A DNA stretch of 42,116 nucleotides, taken from NCBI RefSeq assembly GCF_004010195.1, contig NC_057755.1, positions 3,076,789 to 3,118,904 of the forward strand. Direction: 5' to 3'. The notes under the pieces were generated by a model, which had not been told where the DNA came from, made no database searches, and saw only the letters and a list, made by a program, of their open reading frames with translations. This stretch comes from Chiloscyllium plagiosum (taxonomy: Eukaryota). Below, one piece after another: positions 1 to 11,954 of this stretch. The translations under genes and the position numbers were made by a program. Position 1 is the first letter of the stretch, and each line of letters begins with the position of its first letter.

Positions 1-227
1 AAAGGCTTAACAGACAATTAATTTTTCAATGTATAATTTCAGTTACGTCACACTGTAAATTTTTGCTATAAATTCTGTGTTAAGATTGAGCCCTCCACTA
101 TCACCTGATGAAGGAGCATCGCTCCGAAAGCTAGTGTGCTTCCAATTAAACCTGTTGGACTATAACCTGGTGTTGTGTGATTTTTAACTTTGTACACCCC
201 AGTCCAACACCGGCATCTCCAAATCAT
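1..227 (+). mobile_element. Penelope-like element 3' end / pseudo-LTR, truncated by the window start
   Basis: Contains a hammerhead core (CTGATGA...GAAA) followed by a tail resembling shark Penelope-like pseudo-LTRs. Family assignment is from recognition. Confidence 0.7.
102..137 (+). ncRNA. Minimal type I hammerhead ribozyme
   Basis: cac-CTGATGA-a-GGAGC-atc-GCTCC-GAAA-gc-TA-gtg. Core boxes intact, 5-bp stem II, palindromic AGCT stem III, CUA cleavage triplet, cac/gtg stem I. Confidence 0.75.
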
Positions 228-228
228 A

Positions 229-900
229 ATTTAAGTTCAGCACATGAAAGCAGACTCACAGGTAGATAGAATATTGAAGAAGTAGTTTGGTATGCTTGCC
301 TTTATTGGTCAACACATTGAGTATAGGAGTTCATGTTGCAGCTGTACAGGAGTTTGGTTAGGTCTCTGTTGGAATGCTGCATACAAGTGTGACCTCACTG
401 ACATAGGATGTTGTGAAACTTGAAAGGGTTCAGAAAAGATTTACAAGGATGTTGCCAGGGTTGGAGGGTTTGAGCTACAGGGAGAGGCTGAACAGGCTGG
501 GGCTGTTTTCTCTAGAGCTGAGAGGTAACTTTACAGAAGTTTGTAAAATCATGAGGGACATGGATAGGGTAAATAGACAAGGTCTTCCTCCTGGGGTGGC
601 GGAGTCCAAACTTAGAGGGCGCAGGTTTAGGGTGAGGGGGCAAGTTTTCGAAGGGAGCTAAGGCATAACCTTTCATGCACAGAGTTGTGTATGTATGGAA
701 TGAGCTGCCAGAGGAAGTGGTGGAGGCTGGCACAATTATAACATTTAGAAAGCATATGGATGGGTACATGAATAGGAGCAGTTTAAAGATACATAGCCCA
801 AGTGCTGGCAAATGGGACGAGATTTACCTGGGATATTTGGTCATTGCAGACGAGTTGAACCGAAAGGTCAGTTTTTGGGCTGTGTATCACTGTGACTCTG
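229..900 (+). mobile_element. CR1 (HER1-like) LINE 3' fragment
   Basis: Translations LERVQKRFTRMLPGLEGLSYRERL and VWNELPEEVVEAGT match the CR1 ORF2 C-terminus; ends in a GACTCT-type tail. Confidence 0.9.
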
Positions 901-1220
901 TATTTGTTTCAGATCCAAGTTTCTTACTCTCAAACAGAAATCTAACTTCTGCCAAATTACACTCACTGTTCCCCAGAGAATCTTTCATTCTAGAATCATT
1001 TATTAAAACAGCCTTATTACATATTACTAGCTCCTACATATCTTGGCGTTGATCCACAACATATTGTTCACTGAAATTACACAGAATACCCTACGAATTT
1101 GACATTCCCATTTTACGTGAAGATTAAAGTCATTTCTGATTAATGCATTGCCTTTTTACATGTCCTCGTTATTTAATGTTATGCTCTGTTCTAAAGAACA
1201 TTACTGCTAGAAGATTCTAG

Positions 1221-1492
1221 TGGCACGGTGGCACAGTGGTTAGCACTGCTACCTCACAGCACCAGAGAGCCGAGTTCAATTCCCACCTCAGGCGACCCAC
1301 TGTGTGGAGTTTGTACATTCTCCCCGAGTCTGTGCGGGTTTGCTCCGGTTTTCTCCTACAGTCCAAAAATGTGCAGATTAGGTGAATTGGCCATGCTAAC
1401 TTGCCCGTAGCCTAAGGTGAAGGGCTAAATGTAGGGGTGTGGACTTGTTGGGCTGGAGGGCCTGTTTCCACACTGTAAGTAATTGAATCTAA
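1221..1492 (+). mobile_element. HE1-like tRNA-derived SINE
   Basis: Pol III A box (TGGCACAGTGG) and B box (GTTCAATTCC); central TGTGTGGAGTTTG..CATTCTCCCCG domain; CR1-like 3' end GGGCCTGTTTCCACACTGTA. Confidence 0.88.
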
Positions 1493-1704
1493 CAGATTGC
1501 TCCCACCAGTGTCATATTACACTCATTATTTCTTAGCTCCAAGGATATAGGTTCAACATCTTTTAATCCAAAACCATCTCTTCTATCTTACTTATTAAAT
1601 CACATACCATGAAAGCTGCCTCACCACCCTTCATTTCTTGCATGCCCTTTCACATATCTTTTAGTTGCCAGCTTTGATCTCGTTGGGGCCATACCTCCAC
1701 AACT

Positions 1705-2055
1705 GTGATGGCCTAGCTGTATTATTGCTGGACTGCTAATCCAGAAACACAGGTAACGTTCAGGGGAACCAGATTCAAAACCCACCCTAGCAGATGGTGG
1801 AATTGAATCCAATTTTTAAAAATTGAGAATTAACAGTCTAGCAATGACCACAAATCCATTGTCAGGTAAAACCCATCAGGTCCACTAATATCCTTTAAGG
1901 AAGGAAACTGCTATCCTTACCTGGTTTGGCCTTCGGGTGACTCCAGACCTTCTGCAATATGGTTGATTCTTAACTGTCCTCTGGACAATTAGGGGTAGGC
2001 ATTAAATGCTGGCCTAGCCAGTGACACCCTTATCCTGTGAACAAATAAAACAAAA
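1705..2055 (+). mobile_element. Second tRNA-derived SINE family
   Basis: tRNA-like head, conserved body (GGAAGGAAACTGC..TCCTTACCTGG..GACTCCAGACC) and A-rich tail. Homologous copies at 4418-4762, 34285-34490 and 37165-37730. Confidence 0.75.
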
Positions 2056-2289
2056 TTCATGAACATTTTTTGATCTGTTAATTCATTTATACTTTTCTCT
2101 GAATACTACAAGCATTTAAGTAAACAGCCATGATTTTTGCCTTTTTCTACCATTTTTCCCTTTAGGCCCTATTTGCTTTTCCTTCCTGTTCCGCTCTTGA
2201 TATCATTATCTAAGTAGCCGTCCTTCAACGCCACCATTGACTTTGAAAATCAGCGATTCCCATCTCCCAAACCCTTACTCCTTCTAAAG

Positions 2290-2430
2290 AAGGAAGAATT
2301 CCTGAAGAAGGGCTCATGCCCGAAACGTCGATTCTCCTGCTCCTTGGATGCTACCTGACCTGCTGCGCTTTTTCCAGCAACACATTTTCAGCTCTGATCT
2401 CCAGCATCTGCAGTCCTCACTTTCTCCTTA
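2290..2430 (+). mobile_element. Solo Penelope-like pseudo-LTR
   Basis: Hammerhead followed by the tail CTCCTTGGATGCT..CTGATCTCCAGCATCTGCAGTCCTCACTTTCTC, which also occurs at 25705-25800, 36495-36655, 36904-37113 and 41965-42116. Confidence 0.8.
2291..2338 (+). ncRNA. Minimal type I hammerhead ribozyme
   Basis: CTGAAGA (2302-2308), GGGC-tcat-GCCC stem II, GAAA, palindromic ACGT stem III and GUC triplet. Flanks aggaagaattc/gattctcct pair as a bulged stem I. Confidence 0.8.
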
Positions 2431-2619
2431 CTCCTTCTAGTTTGTTTAAGTCGGCCTACAGCCCGAGTTATTCAATTTGCCAGGAGACTGGTTCCAGCTC
2501 AGCTCACGTGAAGCCTGACCCATTTGCATGTATGGAAATGCAATTCTCCAACATCAAAAGTTAAGCCACGTATTTAACAGCTTTACATAGTGCCAGTTTT
2601 TCCATGGTGATTCCTCAAT

Positions 2620-4010
2620 AAGGGAATCAAAATGTATTGGGAAAAGACAGGCAGGTGGACTTAAGGATTATCAGATCAGTCATGATCTTAGCAAGTGGCA
2701 GAGCAGACTCAATGGAGCGAATGGCCTAATTCTGCTCCTTTATCTCATGATCTTATAAAAAGATTCTGTAAATGGTGAGATATAATTTCCCCCTCTTACA
2801 ACAAATTTGACTCATCCACATTTTGCATGTATCTAATTTTTCTATTTTGAACAATTGTGTCCTTCCTTCCAAGACAATGGTATAGTTTCTTTTGGTTCCT
2901 TCCACCTCACCAGGCACTACATTTAATCAATTATTCTCTGCTATTTTCACAAAAGTGCATGTTTCTCAAACCCATTCGCCCTGTAACATTTCACCCCTCA
3001 CCAATCAAGCGCCTATCTATCCCTGTGTTAAATATTCTCAATGCCTTAGCCTGCACAGCTTTCTGCAGCAATACGTTCCATAGATTCACCATTCTCTGTC
3101 TGAAGAAATTCCTCCTCATCCTTGTTCTAAAGGGCTGTCCCTTCACTCTGAGGCTGTGCCCTTGGGTCCTAGTCTCTCCTGGTGTATTGGAGTTGGCTGA
3201 TTAGTCAAGGCTGTTAATGTGGTGGGCATGTCTTTCAAAAAGCAGGAAATACATTGCTACGAAAGACTTAGAAAAAAATGATTGGCATTGGGATAAAAGA
3301 GAGCATGTTTGAGAGTTGGAAAATGGATATCAATAGTTAATGAGTATTTTTCAGCTGGAGGGAGGTTTGTAATGGAATTTAAAAGGGGTCACTACTCTGG
3401 TCCTTGCTTTTCCTATTGTCGCTCAATGATTAAGATTTTACAACACAGGGGATAATTTCAAAGGCTGCAGATGACTCAAACCTTCGGAGAATTGTGAAAT
3501 TTGAGGAAGACGGTGTAAAACTATTTAGGTCCATGAGACATTGGTGAAGTGGGCAAATATACAGCAGATGAAATTAATGTGAATGATACAGTTTGATGCA
3601 AAGGTGATGGAGAGGCCATATAAAATAAAGGGTATGATTCTAAAAGTATTTACAAGAGCAGAAAGACCATGGCCAATATGAGCCTTGGTCTATAAATGTG
3701 GCAAGAAAGGTAGAGAGAGATGTTATTAAGAATCTAGGCTTCATTAATAGAGGAACTGAGTACAACAGCAGGGAGATTGTATTTAGATAAGAAACTAGTC
3801 AAACATCAGGGGAAGTACTGTGTGCAGTTCTGGGCTCCACAAAGGATAGGGATGGGTTAGGCAGTGTCAGAGAGGTTTACAGAAATGGTTTGACAGATGA
3901 GATAGTGCAGTGGAAAGGCTGGAGAAATTGGGACCATTTTCCTTGCATAAATGAATCGAGAAAGAGACGGCACAGTTTTGAAATGTTTTGAGAAAGAAAT
4001 AGACGTGAGG
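2620..4010. mobile_element. Cluster of old CR1 fragments (+ 2620-2757, - 2970-3180, + 3185-4010)
   Basis: Degenerate CR1 3' end and RT motifs (AADD-like, YCVQFW, QRFTEM) in both orientations. Confidence 0.7.
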
Positions 4011-4417
4011 TGAAGAAATAAATAAATGCAAAGTGTGAAAATAAAACATAATGTCATGCTTACAGAATAGCAAATGTGACAATGTGTATTCAAGGTAGCT
4101 CCAGTAAACAGTACTGAATATTAGCTGATATTCCATTATCAGAAATTCAAACAGAGAATTCATTGATGGGAAGTGGGGTTCATTGCCAAAGCATGGCATT
4201 CAACATACTGTGGTACAGAATACCTTGAGCTTCCTGATGCTATTACTGAACAGAGTGTGGTCACTTTGTGTGCACGCATGCTTTCCCTATGAGAACTCCC
4301 AATCCACTTTAACAAATATTTCCTTCATCTACCACCTTCATGGGAAAATTTGGATTGTGATAATGATTAGACATTATGCCAAACAAACAGTCAAGGCTCT
4401 TAATTCTGTGATTATAT

Positions 4418-4762
4418 TTTTTAAATTCATTCATGAGATTTCGGCATTGCTAATTAGGCCAGCATTTAATGCCCATCTCTGATTGCCCAAACAGTTGTTA
4501 CGAGTCAACTGCATTGCTATGGACCTGGAGTCAAATGTAGGCCAGACTAGGTAAAGACAGCAGATTTCCTTCCCAGTAGGGCACGAATGAACCAGATGAG
4601 TTTTTCCAACAATCAGCAATAGTTTCAATAGACTCTTAATTTCAAATTATTGTTCAATTCAAATTTGGCCATCTGTCATGCAGGTTCTGAACCCAGGCCC
4701 CCAGAACCTTACATGGGTCTCTGGGTTAACAGTCCAGTGATAATACTACTAGCTGTCACCTC
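4418..4762 (-). mobile_element. Second-family tRNA-derived SINE, antisense copy
   Basis: Reverse complement aligns by eye with 1705-2055. Confidence 0.75.
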
Positions 4763-5024
4763 AAAATGTCATAACTTGTGCATATATTTACACATCATTT
4801 ACAAAAGTATAATTTTAGCATTTTAGCCTTAGTAGTTGGATTTTTTCAAGTGTTCCTGTCAGAAGTTAATTTCTGGACAAAACACCATTTGTTGCCTGGT
4901 ACTTTATGAATGCCACAACTTAATAATAGTACTGACAAACTATACAAATTAACAGAGACGAGTTTGTCCCTGTACACAAAAAAAGGAAGTCTGTAATATT
5001 GTTCAACATAATTTAGGTCCTTAC

Positions 5025-5269
5025 CTCATGCTATGTCTCCTGATTCTGGAACAAGGCTTCCAGTGAAATAACTGTGTTCCGCATACACCCTCATCATAAA
5101 CATGACCTTTGGGCTTTTTGCAACTTGGAAATATTTGGATAAAGGTTTAACCTAAGTTCCACAGACTCTCATTTGTGCTATAATCTTGTGATGCATTAAA
5201 GAACTAGTATCCAGTGACATTGAACCCCTGAATGCTAAGACTGACACAAATACTCCGTCAGCCACCCAT
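5025..5269 (-). pseudogene. Candidate decayed exon of an unidentified extracellular-protein gene
   Basis: cag acceptor and AG|gtaagg donor. The main frame reads QGFNVTGY*FFNASQDYSTNESLWNLG*TFIQIFPSCKKPKGHVYDEGVCGTQLFHWKPC, with three N-glycosylation sequons and in-frame stops. Confidence 0.4.
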
Positions 5270-5604
5270 CTGTGTTTTAAACGAGCCAACAGCGGAACAA
5301 AAATGAAACTATTCTGGGTGAAAAAATTAGCTCCTTGTCATTAATCAGATTTTATATCACAGTACAAAACCTGTTTATGACTGGACTATAAAATAACAGA
5401 AATAGTGAGGACCAAAGTTCTCTGTAATCAAACAGCAAAGGGCACAGTTAACGCTGAATTTGATTAGCCTATTTGACAGAAATTTACGATAACTATTCCA
5501 TATAATTATTAGCTGTTTCTTTGATCCATTTCCTTGTCAATGTGAATATAAATGCAAATGTACCAACTACTATATCACTCTCGTTTACAATCTGAAATGA
5601 CATT

Positions 5605-6385
5605 GAATTCAATGAAGGGTATATCATATGAGAAGCAGTTAGGTCTGTACTTGATGCAATTTAGAACGATGAGGGGTATTTCATTGAGACCACCATGAGC
5701 CAGTGAGACACTGGACTGAGAGACCACCGTGGGTTAAGCCAAAAGTCTCCCACCCTGGGCCAAGAGACCGCCACAGGCTGTGGAAGAAACCCATACTGGG
5801 CTGGGAAGCTGCCTCGCCAAGTTAGTGCTGAGGCCCCAAGTGCAGGACGTCGCCAAGAAGAAGAAAAGAAATACAAAGAGAAAAAAAAGGAAAGAAATAG
5901 ACAAAGCAGATGAGTTCCGGCTAAAGCATTCTACTGAGTTGCTGGAGATAACCCTTTGGAACAGAGACGAGGAGGAATTTCTTTAACCAGAGCGTAATGA
6001 ATGTGTGGAACCCGTTGCTGCAGAAGACTGTCGAGGCCAAGACATTGAGTGCATTTAAGACAGAGATAAGTAGTTCTTGATTCGTAAAGTGACCAAGGGT
6101 TATGGGGACAAGGCAGGAGGATGGGACTGAGCCATGATTGAATGGCAGACCAGACCTATTGGCTGAAAGCCTCATTCTACTCCTATATTTTATGGAACAT
6201 CGTGGTAAATCTCCTCTGCCCCCACTCCAGTGCAATCATGTCCTTTTCATAGAATACTGCAGTTCTCGTCACCATACTATCTTAACCCTAACCAATGTTT
6301 AATAAGGTTGTAACATGACTTCCCTGCTCCTATACTCCACACCCGGTCTAATGAAGGCAAGGCATTCCATGTGCTTTCTTCACTG
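5605..6385. mobile_element. CR1 3' fragments (+ 5605-6195 with an unrelated insert at about 5700-5935; - 6200-6385)
   Basis: RRNFFNQSVMNVWNPL-type CR1 C-terminus and 3' tail; antisense YRSRE/YCS motifs. Confidence 0.7.
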
Positions 6386-6420
6386 CGCCCCCCCCCCCCC
6401 CCACACCCAAACCTACTTAC

Positions 6421-6470
6421 CATTGCAGACACATTTTATTATATTGTTTTAAAATGGAGGCTGCAAACCT
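6421..6470 (-). pseudogene. Candidate small exon (EGF-like cysteine pattern) of the decayed minus-strand gene
   Basis: tttgcag acceptor and G|gtaagt donor. Reads EVCSLH, then after a frameshift IKCVCN, joining the next candidate exon as D-G-W. Confidence 0.35.
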
Positions 6471-6840
6471 CTGCAAACTAAATCAATTACCAAGTTAAAA
6501 TTTACCCAAATGCTTCCTGAAGCTGCAACATCAAACTCAAATGGCAGAATATAGCAGCAATGAATGTAAAAATGATGGAGATTCTGGATTGAGGGGAGGC
6601 AAAGAGCAACTGAAATAATGTGCCAATAAGCAGAAACCACCTGTTGGATAAGAGAGGAGCAGAAGAAGAGGGACTGTGAGTAGAGCATGTCCAGTAGCAG
6701 CAGGGCTGCAAGGTAAGAACGTGCTGCTAGGGAGTGTAAAAGGTGGCAGGTCAGCAAGGGCAGCCCAAACAAGTAAGTGGCAGAGCAATAGGACTGAGAG
6801 AGAAAGAGGCACAGCAGCGATGAGCACTGGCTCCACGGCT

Positions 6841-6886
6841 TGTGTGTGCGTGTGTGTGTGTGTGTTAGAGAGAGTGAGAGAGAGAG
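6841..6886. repeat. Compound (TG)n(AG)n microsatellite
   Basis: Seen directly. Confidence 0.95.
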
Positions 6887-6929
6887 AAAAAAAAGGGAGC
6901 AAGAGTGAGCGAGAAAGCAGACTTCACAA

Positions 6930-7290
6930 TGCATGTCCAGTCAGCCTTCCTAAGAACTCATTGTAGGAAGAAGGTAGTCATATATGCTGAAGACAGGGGA
7001 TGGGGAGAGGAGTTTGCAGTAGTTGGAGATGCAGCTCAGAGACAGAGAACAGCAGTGAGGTATACAAAGAGATTTATAATGGTGAGCCAGGGAGAAAGAG
7101 AAGCAGATAATGGGGCCAACATGGAGGTGAAAGTGAGTTAGCTGTGCTGAAAGCAGCTTGTGTCATGACAATGTCTGAGGTTTGTGAGTGGGTAACAGAC
7201 ATAGAGGAAGGTGTTCAGGTTCAAAAATGATTGAACTCTATATTGAAGGCTGCACGGTCCCCAAGCAGGGAATGTGGTGATGTTCTTCCT
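6930..7290 (-). mobile_element. Old antisense Penelope-like fragment
   Basis: Reverse complement resembles the Penelope RT-to-GIY-YIG region and the C-terminal EEHH..LG.VQP..EF.H motif. Heavily decayed. Confidence 0.45.
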
Positions 7291-7299
7291 GGTCCTAGC

Positions 7300-9465
7300 C
7301 CCCCAGCTCTAATGTGTCTTTACCAAACCTCACACCTTCCCCTCACTTAAGCCTGACCTTCATCCCACTTCACTCCCAGATCAACGAATTCCACACGTAT
7401 CATGTCATCGAAATTTTCATCTGCCGCCTCTGCACTGACTTTTTCCATCAGAACTCCGACCCTACCCTCTGGGGACCCCTTGCCTGCCTCCAACATACCC
7501 TATCCACTTGGATGCCCTGTGCCAATCTGTTACCCGCCTTCGATCTCTCTATCTCCAGCTGTCACCGCGACATTGATCACCTCAACAGGTCTGCCCCTCT
7601 CACCCAATCCAACCTCGCACCCTCACAACGCGCAACCCTCTGCTCCAACCCCAACCTCACCATTAAATTGGAGGACAAGGGGGGCGCAGTTGTAGTTTGT
7701 TACACTGACCTTTACACCGCTGAAACTAGGTACCAACCCCTCCTACTGCCCCCTCAATCACGACCTCATCGCCCATCACAAAGCTATCATCTCCCAGACT
7801 ATCCACAACCACATCACCTCAGGGGATCTCCCATCCACAGCCTGCAACCTCATAGTCCGGGAAACTCATATCTCCCATTTCTGCATCTTACTCAAAACTC
7901 AAAACCCTGACTTCCTCCATTGACCCATCGTGCTCCCACCCCACCGAACCTGTCTCTGCATATCTTGACACCATTCCCCCCGCCATGCTCCAGGATCTCC
8001 CCACATACATTTGGGACACCACCCACGTCCTCCACCTCTTCCGTGACTTTGCTTCTCGGTCTCCAATGCCTCATCACCATGGACATGCAGTCTCTGTACA
8101 CCCCTGTCAGCCATGACGAAGGCCTCCAAGCCCTTCACTTCATCCTCTCCCGCTGACCCAACCAGTACTCTTCCAGCGACACACTCATTCAACTGGCTGA
8201 ACTGGTCCTCACCATCAATAATTTCTCCATCGAATCCTCCTACTTCCTTCAGAACAAAGGGGTCACCATGGGCAGCCACTTGGGCCCCAGCTGTGCCTGT
8301 CTCGATGTCAGGTATGTGCAATAGTCCAATTTCTGCAGTTACACCAGCACCATTCCTCACCTTTTTCTCCATTATATCGATAACTATATTAGCACCACTT
8401 CGTGCTCCCATGAGGCGGTTGAGCAATTCACAAACACCTTCCACCCTGACCTCAAGTTCACCTGGACCATCTCGGACACCTCCCTCTCTTTCTTGGTCCT
8501 TTCCACCTCCATTTCTGGTGACTGACTCAACAGGGACATTTACTCCCATCCCACCTACTGTAAAAACGCTATCCCTTACTCCCATTTCGTCCACCTCAGC
8601 CATATCTGCTCCCACAAGGATGAATTCCACTCCAGAACATCTCAGGTGGCCTCCCATTTCAAGGACCGCAACCTCCCCTCCCATGCGGTCAACGATGCCC
8701 TCCAGTGCACCTTCTCCACTTCCCACACCTCCACCCTTGAACCCCACACCTCCAACCACAACAAGGATAGAACCCCCCTGGTCCTTACCTTCCGCCCAAC
8801 CAATCTCCTCCATCATCATCCTCCATCTTTTCTGCCATCTACAATCAGACCCCACCAGCAGAGATATAGTTCCCTCTCTAGCTCTTTCAACAATCTGCAA
8901 AGGCCATTCCCTCTGCAAATACCTCATTTGGTCCACGCCCACCCCCCACCAACCCACCCTCCATTCCCAGCACCTTCCCTTGCCACCACAAGAGATGCAA
9001 AACCTGTGCCCGCGCCACCCTCTTCACCTCCATTTAAGGCCCCAAAGGATCCTTCCACACCAGGGAGAGATTTTCCTGTACATCCAAACACCTCATCTAC
9101 TGAGTCCGTGGCTCTTGATGTGGTCTCCTCTACGTTGGAGTTACAGGACACCAGCTTGCGGAATGTTTCAGAGAACATCTCCAGGACACCTGCACTGAAC
9201 AACCCCACTGCCCTGTGGCCGACCACTTCAACTCCCACTCTTCCCCTACACCCCCAACTCTGCCGAGGACATGCCAGTCCTGGGTCTCTTGAACTGTCCT
9301 ACCTGTCCATCTTTCTTTGCGCTTATCCACTCCACACTCTGCTCTGACCTTTCACCATCACCCCACACTTCCAAGTACCTACCTCATTCCTAGCTATCTA
9401 ACCCCCAGCCCCACCCCCTCCCATTTATCTCTCAGCCCCCTTGCTTCCCCTCCCACACAATTCTA
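7300..9465 (+). mobile_element. Decayed Penelope-like retroelement (RT + GIY-YIG endonuclease)
   Basis: Motifs DKGGAVVV, TMDMQSLYT, KGVTMGSHLGPS, YIDN (YIDD-like), NKDRTPLVLTFRP and GIY-YIG-like FSCTSKHLIY..CGLLYVG, across frameshifts. Confidence 0.88.
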
Positions 9466-9604
9466 CCACTGAACTCACCATAGACCACATTGTTCATACC
9501 ATTATAACATTCTGCCTGTGTTTTCTTACACACCAGCACCCTTAAAAGAAATGAAACACCATTTTTAAATGGATTATATTATGGATTATATTATGTTACA
9601 ACAC

Positions 9605-10040
9605 AGACTGAAGGGTTTGAGTTATAAGGAGAGCTTCAATAGGCTAGGGGGACATTTTTCACTGGAACAGAGGATGTTGAGGTGTGACATTACACAGTTT
9701 ATAAAAATATGAGGAACACAGATAAAGTGAATAGCAAAGGTCTTTTCCCTAGGGCAGGGGAATTCAAAACTACAGGGCCATAGGTTCAAGGTGAGATGAA
9801 AAAGATGTAAAAGGGACCTGAGAGGCAACTTTTTCTTACAGTTTTGTGTCAGGAATGAACTGCCAGAGGAAGTGTTAGATGCAGATTGCAGATACAGTAA
9901 CAACCTTGAAAAGACATTTTGATACCTCCATGAATCGGAAAGCTTTATAGAAATATGGGCCAAATGCAGGCACGTGGGACCAATTTAGTTTGGGAAACTT
10001 TGCTCAGCATGCATGAGTTGGACTGAAGGGTCTGTTTTGG
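9605..10040 (+). mobile_element. CR1 3' fragment
   Basis: GLSYKESFNRLG..FSLEQRMLRCD and NELPEEVLDA motifs. Confidence 0.85.
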
Positions 10041-10042
10041 TA

Positions 10043-11300
10043 ACATACATAGTGCTGCAATATATCTTTATAAAATCTTGGCCTTGTAAAATGCCTGTTT
10101 TTTGAGGCTTGAGTTTTCTGTATTCCTAGATGTCCAACCATAGGTATTTCATTTGTCACTTGCAATATATACATACATGATCTGGGTAGTTCTATTATCT
10201 GATAGACAATCATCCTTTCTCAATCCACGGGTCTGTGATGGAGTCTCCACTTTCTCATAAAACCCAGCTTTTAATAGCCTTTGCTTCAGTTTGTGCCAAC
10301 TTACTTAATTTTGGATCTGTTTCCTGACCCTCAAATAACAAAGACTGCGTGAACATCTATTTAGAATCATCCTCATTTTTAAATAGAATTTTGGCCACTC
10401 TAACATTTCCCTGTGAAGTTACTGTGACCTTTGGTGATGGACTTTGTTTTGCCATTTTCTGTATATTCCCCCTTTTGTGCAAGTTGTTATTGTAACTGTT
10501 CTGCCCCTTATGAGCTCCTTGATCAAGGCTAAAACTATAACTTTCACTCTCGCCTAATCATTAAGCAGGAGTAAGACTATTCCATCCACTGATAATTTCT
10601 TAACAACTTCTATCACTACTGTTCCACATAACAAATCATTCTAAGTTTGCTTTCAGCACATTGGAAATGGGATATATTCTCCACTCATGCGTTTCTCTGC
10701 ACTTTGGGTTTCACTGCACTCTCTGGTAGGAATACCAGTTTTGAGTAGCTTTTTGATACGTTAATGCAGTTATGGTTGTAGTGGTATGCAGCGTTCATTC
10801 TAACCTGAGCTCCAATGTTCTATGCATAGTATTAGCGCATCAATCAAGGCAGCCCACGCAGCCAGGAAGAAAATTAGAGGGAAGTCATATTGGAAGAAAA
10901 AAGATTAATGTTGCATTTTGACAAACACCCTTTATATTTCTCATCTATTTTATTCAACTCCAAGCTTTCATAGCAGCTCCTACGTCCAGTTTCTGAGTTA
11001 TAATTTGATCTTGGCATTTTATCTTGGAATTCTCATGTTGCATTCCCACTTGCGAACCTCAATATGGCCCATGGTCTTCCTTTGCAACTGAACGAAGATG
11101 TCCCACTTTTGATTTTTATCTTCAAAACTTCCTTTTTGACTTCAAGGGGAGAGTTTGAGGCATTCCTATCTCCCTTTTCTTTACCCTGCCGACTTGCCAT
11201 CCTTACAGATTCCCATCTTTTGTCCTTTCTTGCTGATGGGGTGATGGAAAAAAAATGTATGGATCAACTCAATTATCAGGGCGTAAGTGAGGAAAGTGGG
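10043..11300 (-). mobile_element. Gypsy LTR retrotransposon remnant (gag, protease region, integrase zinc finger), interrupted at about 10750-11050
   Basis: ILQVTNEIPMVGHLGIQKTQ..RHF..P.FYKD (integrase HHCC region); LPVDGIVLLLLND (protease C-terminal region); KVGHLRS (zinc-knuckle remnant). Confidence 0.7.
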
Positions 11301-11954
11301 TTGTGGAGAGTAGGAGGAAAGAGAATTATTATCTTCAAGAGGGTAACCTAGCATGTGAAGGACAGCCCCACAAATATTATAAACCCTTATCTCCCACACT
11401 TTAAAAATTATTCATAAAAAGGCTGGATGAATCCAGCTTGCCAGCAACTGCATTATGATGATCGACAGTGTATGTTAGAGAACAATTGACTTGGTAACAA
11501 TCTCATTTGCCCCTGAGTCATTTGTTTAAAACATGGTAGATGGGATCTTTATTTTAATGGGTGTATACTAGTGCATTATGGGGTGTGTAGCAGTGAATGA
11601 GAAGGTGGTAGAGTGTGCACCTAGCTCACTTTACATTTGACTCTGCCAAGACCACACCCAGTTACGGCATGTAAAATCATGTCCAATCTGCAAGTGAGAG
11701 ACACAGTTAAAACCTTTCTATGAATCTGCTATCCCACTCAAAAGTTACATTTCTTCACTATTAAGGACCAAAATTCTCAAACTATCACCTAGACTTTCCA
11801 CAAGGTTGGTGCTGCATCCTTACATTTCACAAGCTGCAACTCTCATCGGACTTTATCAGCTTTAGCAGCTCCATAATCAAATATGATACAGTCAGTAATG
11901 TTTACTGAGTAACAGTCCAATATATAAACAACACTGGGTTAAACAGAATTAAGG

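Noticed and set aside
1221..1290. tRNA-like sequences here and at 37500-37563, 39390-39440 and 39830-39890
   Set aside because: They are SINE heads with A/B boxes continuing into SINE bodies; no complete cloverleaf.
4080..4335. Possible further minus-strand exon after 5025
   Set aside because: The phase could fit, but there are several stops in all frames, no recognisable motif and no clear donor.
7899..9198. Long Ser/Pro/Thr-rich and Gly/Val-rich ORFs (361 and 352 aa)
   Set aside because: Alternative frames of the C-rich Penelope element, not mucin-like host genes.
9440..9470. Penelope copy ending at ATTC, just before where the hammerhead core would start
   Set aside because: The break is upstream of the core, not at the cleavage site, so it cannot be attributed to ribozyme cleavage.
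10835..10870. Minus-strand LPGCVGCLD, resembling the Harbinger transposase FPG..G.ID motif
   Set aside because: Nine residues only, with a stop immediately after and no other transposase motifs.
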